This document shows, in pieces, positions 1-9,561 of a stretch of 64,000 bases of DNA (positions are counted from its first letter, which is position 1; each line of letters starts with the position of its first letter). The notes beneath the pieces were generated by a model, which worked only from the letters and a program-made list of their open reading frames with translations, was not told the DNA's origin and searched no databases. This stretch comes from Trypanosoma brucei (taxonomy: Eukaryota), in the NCBI GenBank assembly GCA_000002445.1, contig CP000066.1:1376001-1440000 (forward strand), in the 5' to 3' direction. The translations under genes were made by a program, and so were the position numbers.

Positions 1-59
1 CTCTCGACACTTGCAAGCAGCAACAGCAGCAAAGAGTGATGTGAAGTGACCAGGAAGCT

Positions 60-1436
60 ATGAGGTCTATTTACTTTGTCATAGGCGCGACCGGCAGTGG
101 TAAGTCACTAGCAGCAGTTCGAGTTGCTAAGACCCTTCAGCTCAGGTGTGGCTGTAACAATGTGGTAATATTGAACTGTGACGTTATGCAGTTTTACGCC
201 GGTCTTCCCATTGTGACGAACAAGATATCATCGGAGGAAATGGATGGGATTCCTCACTGCTTTATGAGTTTCCTTTCTCCCGAGGGCAATAAAATTCGCG
301 ACCCAACGTTGGCATTCGGAGGTTGTGACCGTGAAGCATTTTCTGAACAGGGTTGTAAGTCTGCAAATGATGCGTATAATATTCATTCATTCGTTCGCGA
401 TGCTGTAAGTTATATCGAAAGCTTTTTGTCAACTCATTCTCCTGCAGCGGTGGTCGTTTGCGGTGGAACGTGCTATTACGTCCAGTCACTGCTTTTCGAC
501 AATCTTTTAACTGTAGAAGATACTCATGTGTCGGGGTGTCTGGACACAACTGGCGGGTGCGCAGAACACACCGAATTGAATGATGGGAATTCTCTTTGGG
601 ACCAACTGAAGGATATTGACCCGGACATTGCTGCTCGATACCATCCCAACGACATCAGACGGATTCGGCGCCTCGTCGACATATACAAAAGGACCAATAG
701 GATACCATCCGATGTTTATAACTCCAGGGAGAAGCCGCGACTTCGATTTTGTCCCAGTACGTGCTTCATATTGTGGACACACATTGAACTTGAAAAGCTT
801 AGGCCAAAACTCAACGCACGTATAGATGTGATGGTCGAAAAAGGGATCATTGAGGAATGCCGCAAATTTGCTCAGCGGCATAAAGAGGACGTTTTTACGC
901 TACCCCTAGGGAAAGCCATAGGTTTTAAAGAAATTGTTTCGTCCTTTGACATGTCGGGAAGTGAAGTTCAACTAAAGGGCGAACGCGAAGTTTCAGAGTC
1001 GCTGGATCTTCTGAAAGTGAACACCAACCGATACGCACGGCAGCAGTGCCAGTGGATAAAAAACCGCTTTCTTGGTCGTCTTCGCGAGCTGTTTGCTACT
1101 GTAAATCTGGAGGAAAACTTTGTTGCAGTTGACGCCTCTGCGAGTCCTTCCGATTTTCTTCGGCAAGTTGAAGTTGCCGTTTTGTTTTTCACCAAACGGA
1201 CGTGCGACAATGTCGCTGGGTTGTTTTTTCCATTGAAAAAAGATGTGTCAATACCATCCCCGGTTCGGCACGAGTGGTGTGGCGTCTGCAACGTCTTTTA
1301 TACCGATGGGAGGGGGAGAATCTCACATCTGCATTCGAAACGACACAGGGGTGCCCTAAGGCACGAGGCGTTGGTGAAGGAGCAAGCTGAGAAGTTTGGT
1401 CGGATAATTCCTTCTAAGAGAGTTAAGCGGTCGTAA
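60..1436 (+). CDS. tRNA dimethylallyl (isopentenyl) transferase, eukaryotic Mod5/MiaA type, with a C-terminal U1/matrin-like zinc finger
   Basis: N-terminal P-loop GATGSGKS. Conserved IPT segment DIDPDIAARYHPNDIRRIRRLVDIY, matching the family HPND.RRI motif. C-terminal CGVC-x12-H-x5-H zinc finger (CGVCNVFYTDGRGRISHLHSKRH), typical of eukaryotic Mod5. Confidence 0.85.
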   Translation: MRSIYFVIGATGSGKSLAAVRVAKTLQLRCGCNNVVILNCDVMQFYAGLPIVTNKISSEEMDGIPHCFMSFLSPEGNKIRDPTLAFGGCDREAFSEQGCKSANDAYNIHSFVRDAVSYIESFLSTHSPAAVVVCGGTCYYVQSLLFDNLLTVEDTHVSGCLDTTGGCAEHTELNDGNSLWDQLKDIDPDIAARYHPNDIRRIRRLVDIYKRTNRIPSDVYNSREKPRLRFCPSTCFILWTHIELEKLRPKLNARIDVMVEKGIIEECRKFAQRHKEDVFTLPLGKAIGFKEIVSSFDMSGSEVQLKGEREVSESLDLLKVNTNRYARQQCQWIKNRFLGRLRELFATVNLEENFVAVDASASPSDFLRQVEVAVLFFTKRTCDNVAGLFFPLKKDVSIPSPVRHEWCGVCNVFYTDGRGRISHLHSKRHRGALRHEALVKEQAEKFGRIIPSKRVKRS

Positions 1437-1544
1437 GGTCTCATTTTGAACATTGATTAATAGTTTCCTGCGTCACCGGAATTTTGTTTTAAACATATTT
1501 TGATTTTTGTATTGGCCCCTTTAAGCTGAGGAGAACTTGTATCA

Positions 1545-1572
1545 GTGTTTGTCCCTTTTTTTTTTTACCACT
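1545..1572 (+). promoter_or_regulatory. Polypyrimidine tract upstream of the SPP gene; candidate SL trans-splicing acceptor region
   Basis: T13-containing pyrimidine run (cccttttttttttttacc) about 100 nt upstream of the ATG at 1662. Function is inferred from kinetoplastid mRNA processing rules. Confidence 0.4.
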
Positions 1573-1661
1573 CTAATTAGCTAAACGTGAGTAAGGAAAC
1601 CGAGTCGAATCTACACTAGCCATTTATTAAAGATAAAAAAGGAAACTTTAATAACGGAAAG

Positions 1662-2720
1662 ATGCCGAGTCCATCTGAAACAATACAGTTAAGTATAGCT
1701 CTTGCCTATCTTATGGCTAGTGCTGTGACGATTGTCTACATGGGCAGCCAGAGACTTCTTAGAGAGACAATCAAAATGAAGAAACGAAGTGGCAACCAAA
1801 GTGAAGTAATGAAAACAGGGGATGCTATGATGATGCCTTTAATGGGGTCAGTCGTGTTGTTCAGCGTGTATGTTATACTGAGATTTGTTCCTAGGGAGTA
1901 TTTCAACTCCATAGTTTCATTCTACCTGAGTATCTTTGGTGTATTCTCTCTTGGCTCATTTGTTAAGACGTACACTCGTCCCAATGTTTTAACTGGCTGC
2001 TTTTGCTGCGTGGCAGGAGGGTTATATTACATAACCGGGAATTGGCTGGTGAATAACATATTAGCCACAGGTATAGCTGTTTCGGCGATCAGTTCGATAC
2101 ATTTGGGTTCTTTTAAGAGCTCTTTTGTTCTTCTCCTGGGCTTATTTTTCTATGATATATTTTGGGTGTTCGGATCTGATGTTATGCTCATGGTCGCAAG
2201 CGGTGTAGATGGACCAATCAAACTGGTTTTCCCAAGGGATATCTTCGGTGGTTGTAAGTCGATGAGCCTTTTGGGTCTTGGTGACCTTATCATTCCGGGG
2301 TTCTTTATCGGCCAGACACTGGTATTTTCCTCTCAGTATGTAAAGAAGGGCAGTCTTTACTTCAATGTTGCCCTCACTGCATATGGTTTGAGTTTAGTGA
2401 ACACGATGGCGGTAATGGTGATATTTGATCACGGTCAGCCAGCGCTTCTTTTTATTGTTCCTTGGCTTCTAGTTTCCTTTTCCATTACTGCCGTTATTCA
2501 AGGCGATTACAAGGCTGCATGGGAATATACATCCGATGCCGTGACGGAGCCGGACAACTCATCGACTGATAAGGTGAAGTCTGAAGAGGGGGATCAACGG
2601 GACGCAGGGGACGAGATGGGGCTGGGCGACTTTTTAGTGAAGCAAATGAAGGGACTTTTTGTCTGGGACGGCGAAGAAGAAGAGGAGGAGGTATGTGAGG
2701 GAACAAAAAAGAATGACTAG
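1662..2720 (+). CDS. Signal peptide peptidase (presenilin-type intramembrane aspartyl protease, A22B family)
   Basis: Multi-pass hydrophobic protein carrying the catalytic YD motif (FFYDIFWVFGS), the GLGD motif (LLGLGDLIIPG) and the PAL motif (QPALLFIVP). Acidic tail followed by C-terminal KKND, a KKXX-type ER retrieval signal. Confidence 0.85.
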   Translation: MPSPSETIQLSIALAYLMASAVTIVYMGSQRLLRETIKMKKRSGNQSEVMKTGDAMMMPLMGSVVLFSVYVILRFVPREYFNSIVSFYLSIFGVFSLGSFVKTYTRPNVLTGCFCCVAGGLYYITGNWLVNNILATGIAVSAISSIHLGSFKSSFVLLLGLFFYDIFWVFGSDVMLMVASGVDGPIKLVFPRDIFGGCKSMSLLGLGDLIIPGFFIGQTLVFSSQYVKKGSLYFNVALTAYGLSLVNTMAVMVIFDHGQPALLFIVPWLLVSFSITAVIQGDYKAAWEYTSDAVTEPDNSSTDKVKSEEGDQRDAGDEMGLGDFLVKQMKGLFVWDGEEEEEEVCEGTKKND

Positions 2721-3130
2721 AAGATATGTATTGTTCCCTTTTCACTTCTCTTGCATCAGGAAAGTCGTTCTAGAATCAATGAGACCACTTCGGTTTCATT
2801 CACTTAGCAGCCACAGAGGCGCGGTTGGAAACCTCTTTGATAGTTTGCAATCATTAAGTTGCTTATACACCACACCCCGACTTCTGTATGTTTGTGGGTG
2901 TGTACACGGAACCACTGCAGCCCTCATTTTCTTGAACCAGTTGAAATACTCTATTTGAAAGCATTCATTTTTCCTGTTTTTGTTTTACTGCTTAGCAGAG
3001 AAAAAAGGGGGAATTCTATAAGAAGGGGTCACGATCGGAAAGTTTTTAAAAGGTGTCTTAACAAAAGTAGCAGATTATCGGGGTGTTGCGGCGGTTAGTC
3101 ATTGAAGAACGGACGCATTTTTCCCCCCCG

Positions 3131-3438
3131 ATGTTGGCAGCAACGGGGTTCCGTCTCCATACCTCAAGCTCATCAAAAATAACGAAACAGTCCAAGGCAG
3201 GGTATACCTCACGCAGCCCGGGAAGGACTTCGTCACGTGTATCACGGATTTAATCTTTTCTTCTTGAATACGCGTCTGGCTTGGAAATACCTCCCGGCAG
3301 CTCAATGCAGGAGTTGCCTTAACTCGGCGGGAGCGGTTACTTCTGGAAAGCGCAACTAAAGATCTTCTTCGACTCGTCCCCTTTAGTTTCTTCATCCTCG
3401 TTCCGTTTGCCGAGCTCCTGCTACCTGTTGCACTGAAG
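3131..3438 (+). pseudogene. LETM1: Disrupted 5' portion of the LETM1 homologue; the reading frame is split across three frames
   Basis: The only upstream ATG (3131, frame 2) sits just after a C7 run and encodes a presequence-like MLAATGFRLHTSSSSKITKQSK. Frame 3 (3183-3290) encodes REGLRHVYHGFNLFFLNTRLAWKYL, which aligns with the LETM1 [10 protein letters not shown] segment. Frame 1 then carries RQLNAGVALTRRERLLLESATKDLLRLVPFSFFILVPFAELLLPVALKMFPDLIPSTFE, which runs into the ORF at 3439. Removing one C from the CCC at 3293-3295 fuses frames 3 and 1 into KYLRQLNAGVALTRRER. Confidence 0.6.
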
Positions 3439-4575
3439 ATGTTTCCGGACCTGATTCCCTCAACATTTGAGAGTGAAAATCAGGGACGCAACAAGGCCTT
3501 TACGACTCTTATGGGAACGGTGCGTGCCCGACGCCGGTTGGCGGAATACCTGTCGTCCACTGCTTTTGTAAGCTTTACGAAAGAACAACAAGAAGTGGTG
3601 CGTTTCTCGGCAATGGGGGAGGCGGTGACCGCGAACCAGATACGTTTAATTGCACCTCATTTTGGTCGGGAAGGGCCGTTTAATGTCTACCAGATCCCCA
3701 ATGGTATTGCAGTAGCTCTGGCAAGGACTGTGGGAGTATACAAAGCATACCATGGTCTTGTTCCTAACAAAATTATGGCTCCTTACATGCGTCGTAAGAT
3801 CTTGCGGCAGTATCATAAAACCCGCGAGGATGACCGTATGCTACGTTTGGAGGGGCTTGACGATTTAACGGATGAGGAGCTGATAAAGGCGAACCTTGTT
3901 CGGGGTATGCGCTGGACAGAGGATGCGGAGACACTACGTATCCAACTTGAATGGTGGATATCTCTAGGACGTGACCCGGATGTCCCTTACAACACCCTTT
4001 TCTGGGTCAAGCCTACCCGATACAGCTTGAAAGAGTCAATGAAACGCTTGCCTGTGGAACAGCGCCGGCAGCTATTGGGCATTCAACATCTTCCCGAGAG
4101 CATTCGTGGAAATCTCGAGACACTCTGCGAAACGGTCGACACAGCTCCATCCATGAGTGAGGGTAAACCTGAGGACGCTGATCAGCTAGTGGAGAAACTT
4201 GCAGAGTTAAATGCTAAAACGAAAATCAGTGATAAGGATATTGCAATTCAGAATATTCAAATATCGCTGGGCGCTTATCTAACGGAACCAAATGTGAAAC
4301 GTATGTTTGAAGACATTCGCAAAAGTAAAACAGTGAACGAATATATAACAGTTACGGATGTCATAGATTTCATTGGAAGTGAAACCCATAATTCTTCCCA
4401 TGTAGTTTCTACTGTGTTTGATGCGTTCGATCAGAGTAGCGGAGTGAAGGCAATTACCGAATCTACACTCATATCTATCGGGGCCCGCTGCAGGGAGGCG
4501 TCAAAGGCACATGTCGACGTATCGTCTCAGTCTTCCCCAGGCAAACAGCCTTCAGAGGTGATTGCAAAAAATTAG
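3439..4575 (+). CDS. LETM1: LETM1-family mitochondrial inner-membrane protein; intact ORF portion covering the LETM1 domain onward
   Basis: MFPDLIPSTFE matches the LETM1 signature LFPNMLPSTFE. GMRWTEDAETLRIQLEWWISL aligns with human [22 protein letters not shown]. The upstream in-frame sequence continues the LETM1 TM/LRLVPF motif. Confidence 0.8.
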   Translation: MFPDLIPSTFESENQGRNKAFTTLMGTVRARRRLAEYLSSTAFVSFTKEQQEVVRFSAMGEAVTANQIRLIAPHFGREGPFNVYQIPNGIAVALARTVGVYKAYHGLVPNKIMAPYMRRKILRQYHKTREDDRMLRLEGLDDLTDEELIKANLVRGMRWTEDAETLRIQLEWWISLGRDPDVPYNTLFWVKPTRYSLKESMKRLPVEQRRQLLGIQHLPESIRGNLETLCETVDTAPSMSEGKPEDADQLVEKLAELNAKTKISDKDIAIQNIQISLGAYLTEPNVKRMFEDIRKSKTVNEYITVTDVIDFIGSETHNSSHVVSTVFDAFDQSSGVKAITESTLISIGARCREASKAHVDVSSQSSPGKQPSEVIAKN

Positions 4576-5716
4576 GTTGTACCGGTGTTTTTTCCCCGTA
4601 TCATCACCAACGTTTACCGACTGTTCGCCATGGAGGAAGCACCATGACTGTAGGTTCATCGAGGGGGGGGGGTAGCAACCCCGAAGAACATATACATTAC
4701 TTCCGCCTTGTGCTCAGGGACATTGAACTACCATTTGCTCCAGTGAACGATGTTTCATGACAAAGACTGGTGCGAAATTGGTATGTATTACGTTTATGTA
4801 TGTGCGGATTAATGTTTTGGCTCCCGTTTTCTCTGTTCAGGGCTGCGGCGTTACTAGCGCGATTAAAGAACGTTGGGTGGGGAGGGGGTATAAGGCATGT
4901 TTACCCTTGTACCCGGGTGTAGCACAAATTTATGCGGCAGCAGGGAAGTATATGAACATAACTGTAGGGGTCCTGCGCGAAGAGCGGGTGACGTGCAATT
5001 ATATCATAGATCTGAAACTTGAATGAAAGCATTCTACTTCGTTTTTAAATTCCCCCTTTCTACAACTTTGAGGAAAGATATACATCAAGTGATCCATGTA
5101 GCCGCACATGAAACCCAGTTCGACTGGCTGTTGTTACCGTGCATTCGATATTGGGAAGAGGACGGCACCCCTTCCCGCTATTTCACCCACGGGTGCGCTG
5201 CGAACGTTAAACGCTTCAACGACGTCGGGTTTCTTTCGACAGTTTGGTGTCGCTGGTAATGGAGTGCAGAGTTTTCCGAAGCAAGCTCAAGAAAGGGCAT
5301 GTTCCCACCCGACTGCTAAATTTCTTTCAGGCAAATATAAGCGGTGGATACACCCGGTGGATTTCGAGTCTTTGAACGAACCCACCCTGTCAATTTGATT
5401 GTGATGAGTTATGTGATATTTTTCTATCATGTTTTGGCGCGTCATAATGACATAGTCACTTCTTTGTGTTTTACCCGAGTCGGAGGCGCCACTTAATACT
5501 ATGTAGGTGAGTTTTTGGTGGGATTCGGCTCAGCAGTTGCACTATTGTGACTCCGTTGATACACAGCGTGTCGAAGGCATGCACCTTATTTCGATAACCA
5601 CATCAATGAAAAGCGTTGTGTTTCATGCGAACTTTGGTGTTTCACACATTCTACTTTACCTCTTTTCATACTGGAGCGGTAGTTGGGATCATGTTTACGA
5701 CGGTATCTTTTTAAAA

Positions 5717-5739
5717 ATATATATATATATATATATATA
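5717..5739. repeat. (AT)n microsatellite
   Basis: About 11 AT dinucleotide units in the intergenic spacer. Confidence 0.9.
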
Positions 5740-6458
5740 CCATCTGTTAACCCAGTTATCTGTTTTTCGTTGTTTGTGGCGTCGGTTTTGTTGTTAAAGG
5801 CACATTTTAGCGCCATCATTACCTATTAGTGCCCCGATTTGTTGTCGTTGTTATCACTGGAAGTTTCTTTGTACTGTAGCCACTCGTTACCGTGAGTGGT
5901 TGAATCGTTTTTCGACTGGTCAACTATTTTGACTTGAAGGACCCGTCGTATCCTCTGGCATGTGGTGTTCGTGGTTGATACAAACGTGTTTGTGCGTGGT
6001 TTGCTGGGGTTTCGACTGCAGCGCTTGTGTTATTTGGCAGTGACCACAAGTACAAACTGTCTGTCGCACAAACCACCTAGCTAGCAAAAAATTTTGCCAC
6101 ATGCACGTCTTGAATAAACGGACGTGGCGACGTTCATGCTAATTTCATCGGTTACGTTGCTTGGGGGAAGTGCTGTAGCATTATTCGCGATAGGGGAGGG
6201 ATTTTTTTTTTTGGAGTGTTTATTTGTTTCTTCCCTTTAATGGTGCAGAGGAATGGGCTTGATACAGCTCGGGGATGTCGCTGTACTTTGATCGGGGGAA
6301 ACGACTAAAGGGTATCTGTGAAGATGTTTTTGTTGGTGGGGAGATGCTTAGAGGTGAGTTATCTACATGGAAGTGGGTCTGCATTGCCGCTGCCTGCATT
6401 CCCTTATTTTGAACGGTAGTCGCTCAACGATGCTTCTTCCCACATATTTTGAGAGCGA

Positions 6459-7085
6459 ATGAGAGAAACTGCTATTATGAACAACAGATTAGTACTACCT
6501 GCTTCAGCTTCCACAGATGCAGAGAACGGCAGTGTACACGTTCGTGGCGGCACCCGGTGCTGCGGGCCCTGTTGTCACTCAGACCAAAAGCGAGGACGGT
6601 CAGTGTGGACGAAGCCCACGTTAGAAGCAGACGACACTGCTGACAGCGACGCGTGTGAAGATGTCGTGAAGCGCAGTGAGCGGCTCTTGGAACTCTTGCG
6701 CGTGCGCAAGATTCAGTGTGATTCAGCTGTTGATACTTCTAGCATGATTTATGATGTGGAAGCAGAGATGTCACCATTGGCTGCTTCTGGCACGCGGATG
6801 TGTAGGGCCGTTTTTTCCCAATCCTCTGCTCTTGTGCCTTTGTCCTCCATCGCTGGGGATAAGGATCTCGTGGAGTTTGATGTATCTGGGGAAGAGAAAA
6901 CTAACCCGGTGCCGGTGAGCTCTCGTTCGCTACTGAAAGTTGCTATTACTTGTACGGACGCAGAGACACAAACACTTCCCGCTCCGGTGGGCTATCGGGT
7001 GGAAAACCCAATAATGACAAAACCTGATTGGTTCGTTCTTCGGTTATGTGAATTGGACGCTTTACTTCACATATTTTTTTCCTGA
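6459..7085 (+). CDS. Hypothetical protein (208 aa); no recognisable domain
   Basis: Open frame on the + strand only, lying between two supported genes in the directional cluster. No motif recognised. A weak call. Confidence 0.3.
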   Translation: MRETAIMNNRLVLPASASTDAENGSVHVRGGTRCCGPCCHSDQKRGRSVWTKPTLEADDTADSDACEDVVKRSERLLELLRVRKIQCDSAVDTSSMIYDVEAEMSPLAASGTRMCRAVFSQSSALVPLSSIAGDKDLVEFDVSGEEKTNPVPVSSRSLLKVAITCTDAETQTLPAPVGYRVENPIMTKPDWFVLRLCELDALLHIFFS

Positions 7086-7242
7086 GATTGTTTATTCGTT
7101 TATTTGATTCTTTTTTTTTTCCCGCACCACGTCTATTTTTATACTTTTTGCAGATGGGACTGCATGTTTTCCCCTCCTGACTGCTCGGCTCAGTGTTGCC
7201 CATCTTCCTCCGCCGTGGTTGCCGGTTTCCCAGTAGTTGCGT

Positions 7243-7290
7243 TCGTGAGGTGATCCTATTTCTCTGACCCCTCCGGCTGCTTTATAGAAT
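7243..7290 (+). promoter_or_regulatory. Polypyrimidine tract upstream of OvoA; candidate trans-splice acceptor region
   Basis: Pyrimidine-rich gatcctatttctctgacccctccggctgctttatag ending in AG, 25-70 nt upstream of the ATG at 7312. A longer T-rich tract lies at 7091-7150. Confidence 0.4.
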
Positions 7291-7311
7291 AAGAAGCTAA
7301 GTAATCAAAAA

Positions 7312-9561
7312 ATGACCTCACTCGTCCTAAATCACTATTCGCAGGAGGAAGTCAGCCGACTTTTCAATCTTTCGTCTCCACGAGACCTATTTCACCAGCG
7401 CACGCCGGCGCTGGCCGACGGAGACGTGAAACAGAAGGTGGAGGAGATACGCTCTTACGTGCATAGCACTATGGAACTGTATGAGAGGGTTTTTGAATGC
7501 CTCTCGTCGGAGGAAGCGTTTTTCGTTCAACCGATCCACAAGCTTCGCCACCCCTTAATTTTTTACTACGGCCACACTGCCTGCTTCTACATAAATAAGT
7601 TGTGCGCCGCTGGACTCTCCATGCGAATTCGCCCACACCTTGAGGAGGCGTTTGCAGTTGGTGTGGATGAGATGAGCTGGGATGATCTTAACGAAGAGCA
7701 CTATAACTGGCCAACAGTGGAGGAAGTTGTAGAGTACCGCCGTGCTGTCCGTAAGCACGTGGATGGCATGATGACAAGTGGCAAATTTGAACTGACCCTT
7801 CCCTTGACATTTGCTGGAAGCACAGAGAACGCTGACAGTTCATTTTGGTGGTTAATGTTGATGTGTGCTGAGCACGAGCGCATCCACGTCGAAACCGCCT
7901 CCGTTCACGTGCGAGAACTTCCCATGCGTTATGTGAGGCCGTCTATGGATCAGTTCTGGAAGCCGTGTGGGGAGGCAGGTTGCGAAGCCCCGGCAAACGA
8001 GCTGGTGGATGTAGCCGGGGGACGGGTAGCCGTCGGACGTGCGCCTAACTCTGAGCTATACGGTTGGGATTGCGACTACTCTGACGGAAATTATGTGCTT
8101 AATGTTGCACCGTTCAAGGCGAGTAAGTACTTAGTGTCTAACGCGGAGTTCTTTACCTTTGTTGTTGCAGGTGGTTACGCTACGCAACGCTACTGGGATG
8201 AGGAAGGGTGGAACTGGGTCCAGTGGAGGAAACCTGAGTGTCCCTGGTTCTGGGTTCGCGATGAGAACCGACCCAAGGGTTATGCGCTTCGACTTCAAAC
8301 GACGCTTATTGACTTGCCGTGGAGCTGGCCATGTGAGATTAACAATCTTGAGGCTCGGGCGTTTTGTAACTTTAAAAGTGAGCAAACTGGGAAGAAAATT
8401 CGTATGCCTACAGAAGCTGAATGGCTGATTCTTTGGGACCGGTACGTCGGCAAAGATCAAATGTTGTGGGATGTAGCGCCGGGGAATGTTAACATGGAAC
8501 ACTTCCAAAGTAGTTGCCCTGTCGATAAGTTTGCTCACGGTCCATTTTTCGATATAGTTGGAAACGTGTGGCAGCACTGTGAAACACCAGTATACCCGTA
8601 TCCTGGTTACCAGGTGCATCCATTCTACGATGATTTTTCTATGCCTACCTTTGATGGTCGCCATGCGTGTATGAAAGGCGGGGCATGGGTTAGTACGGGG
8701 AACGAGGCTACACGCGATGCTCGCTTCGCCTTTCGCCGCCATTTCTTCCAATACATCGGACTTCGATACGTGGAAGGTGAACCGGTGCAAGAGGGGTTTC
8801 TCAACTTGAATTCGTTGGGGCTTGATCCCATGGTGGATGCCATTACGGATGCCAACTACCGTCCTTCGTTTAATGACATCCCTAATGGTTTCGTACAGAT
8901 AGCAGAATTTGTTATGAACCAGTTCAGGTGTTGTGCTAGGACAGGGCCGAAGCGTGCCCTTGATTTTGCGTGTGGGGCTGGACGGATAGCATTTGAGCTG
9001 ACGTCAATGTTTGATCAAGTGGTTGGGTCGGATTTTTCTGCCCGATTGCTCATTCCCGCCTACGCTATCAGTGAGCGCGGAAGCTACACATATAGTATTG
9101 TGAACTCTTCTACGTCGAGACGTGTAGAACAAACCTTCAAGTCGCTGGGGTACCCGTGGGATGCAACCCGAGGGCGCGCTGTTTTTTTTCAAGCAGATCC
9201 TACGAACCTACACTCCCACATGAAAGATTTCTCGTTGATCTTGTGCTGGAACACGCTGGATAGGAGCTACAACCCCACCGCTGTTCCGTCGCATATGGTT
9301 GACAGGCTTGTGGTGGGTGGTTTGATTGTCTTCGGGCTTGATGGAGTGACTGATGAAGTCAACGAAGGAAAGAGGGAGCAGGGGGGTGAGGAAACACCCA
9401 AGCAGGTCGTCTTCTCAGAAAACGAGATCTATCATCTGTTGGGCGGAGAAAACGTGGTGGACCGCGTCGGAGACCCAACACAACTGACGGTTGCGTTTCC
9501 TGCGTCAGACTCTACAGCAACTTTCAGAAAAGTTCGGCTGTCCGTCTACCGAAAGAAATAA
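7312..9561 (+). CDS. OvoA: 5-histidylcysteine sulfoxide synthase OvoA (ovothiol biosynthesis): a DinB-like plus FGE-sulfatase domain fused to a C-terminal SAM methyltransferase
   Basis: Iron-binding H-x3-H-x-E motif (EHERIHVE). EgtB/OvoA-type FGE-sulfatase-like region (FKASKYLVSNAEFFTFVVAGGYATQRYWDEEGWNW, GPFFDIVGNVWQHCETP). C-terminal methyltransferase motif I (LDFACGAGRIAFEL). This three-part architecture is the one described for OvoA of Erwinia and Trypanosoma. Confidence 0.85.
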   Translation: MTSLVLNHYSQEEVSRLFNLSSPRDLFHQRTPALADGDVKQKVEEIRSYVHSTMELYERVFECLSSEEAFFVQPIHKLRHPLIFYYGHTACFYINKLCAAGLSMRIRPHLEEAFAVGVDEMSWDDLNEEHYNWPTVEEVVEYRRAVRKHVDGMMTSGKFELTLPLTFAGSTENADSSFWWLMLMCAEHERIHVETASVHVRELPMRYVRPSMDQFWKPCGEAGCEAPANELVDVAGGRVAVGRAPNSELYGWDCDYSDGNYVLNVAPFKASKYLVSNAEFFTFVVAGGYATQRYWDEEGWNWVQWRKPECPWFWVRDENRPKGYALRLQTTLIDLPWSWPCEINNLEARAFCNFKSEQTGKKIRMPTEAEWLILWDRYVGKDQMLWDVAPGNVNMEHFQSSCPVDKFAHGPFFDIVGNVWQHCETPVYPYPGYQVHPFYDDFSMPTFDGRHACMKGGAWVSTGNEATRDARFAFRRHFFQYIGLRYVEGEPVQEGFLNLNSLGLDPMVDAITDANYRPSFNDIPNGFVQIAEFVMNQFRCCARTGPKRALDFACGAGRIAFELTSMFDQVVGSDFSARLLIPAYAISERGSYTYSIVNSSTSRRVEQTFKSLGYPWDATRGRAVFFQADPTNLHSHMKDFSLILCWNTLDRSYNPTAVPSHMVDRLVVGGLIVFGLDGVTDEVNEGKREQGGEETPKQVVFSENEIYHLLGGENVVDRVGDPTQLTVAFPASDSTATFRKVRLSVYRKK

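Noticed and set aside
2859-3098. 79-aa + strand ORF immediately upstream of LETM1, considered as a possible LETM1 N-terminus
   Set aside because: It ends in a stop at 3096-3098, and its composition is that of a pyrimidine tract (VCLWVCTRNHCSPHFLEP). It does not resemble any LETM1 region.
5356-5396. Hairpin-like ggtgg...ccacc with a ttcgag core, briefly considered as a tRNA T-arm
   Set aside because: No acceptor, D or anticodon arms can be built around it, and the GTTCGAATC T-loop consensus is absent. No convincing tRNA anywhere in the window by eye.
4757-5398. Three short overlapping + strand ORFs (89, 78 and 96 aa) in the spacer after LETM1
   Set aside because: They overlap each other in different frames, have no motifs and have spacer-like composition. 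No single coherent gene model.
8131-8790. 219-aa minus-strand ORF inside the OvoA gene
   Set aside because: It lies antisense to a strongly supported CDS and has Arg/Pro/His-rich junk composition with no motif. It is a typical spurious antisense ORF of GC-rich coding sequence.
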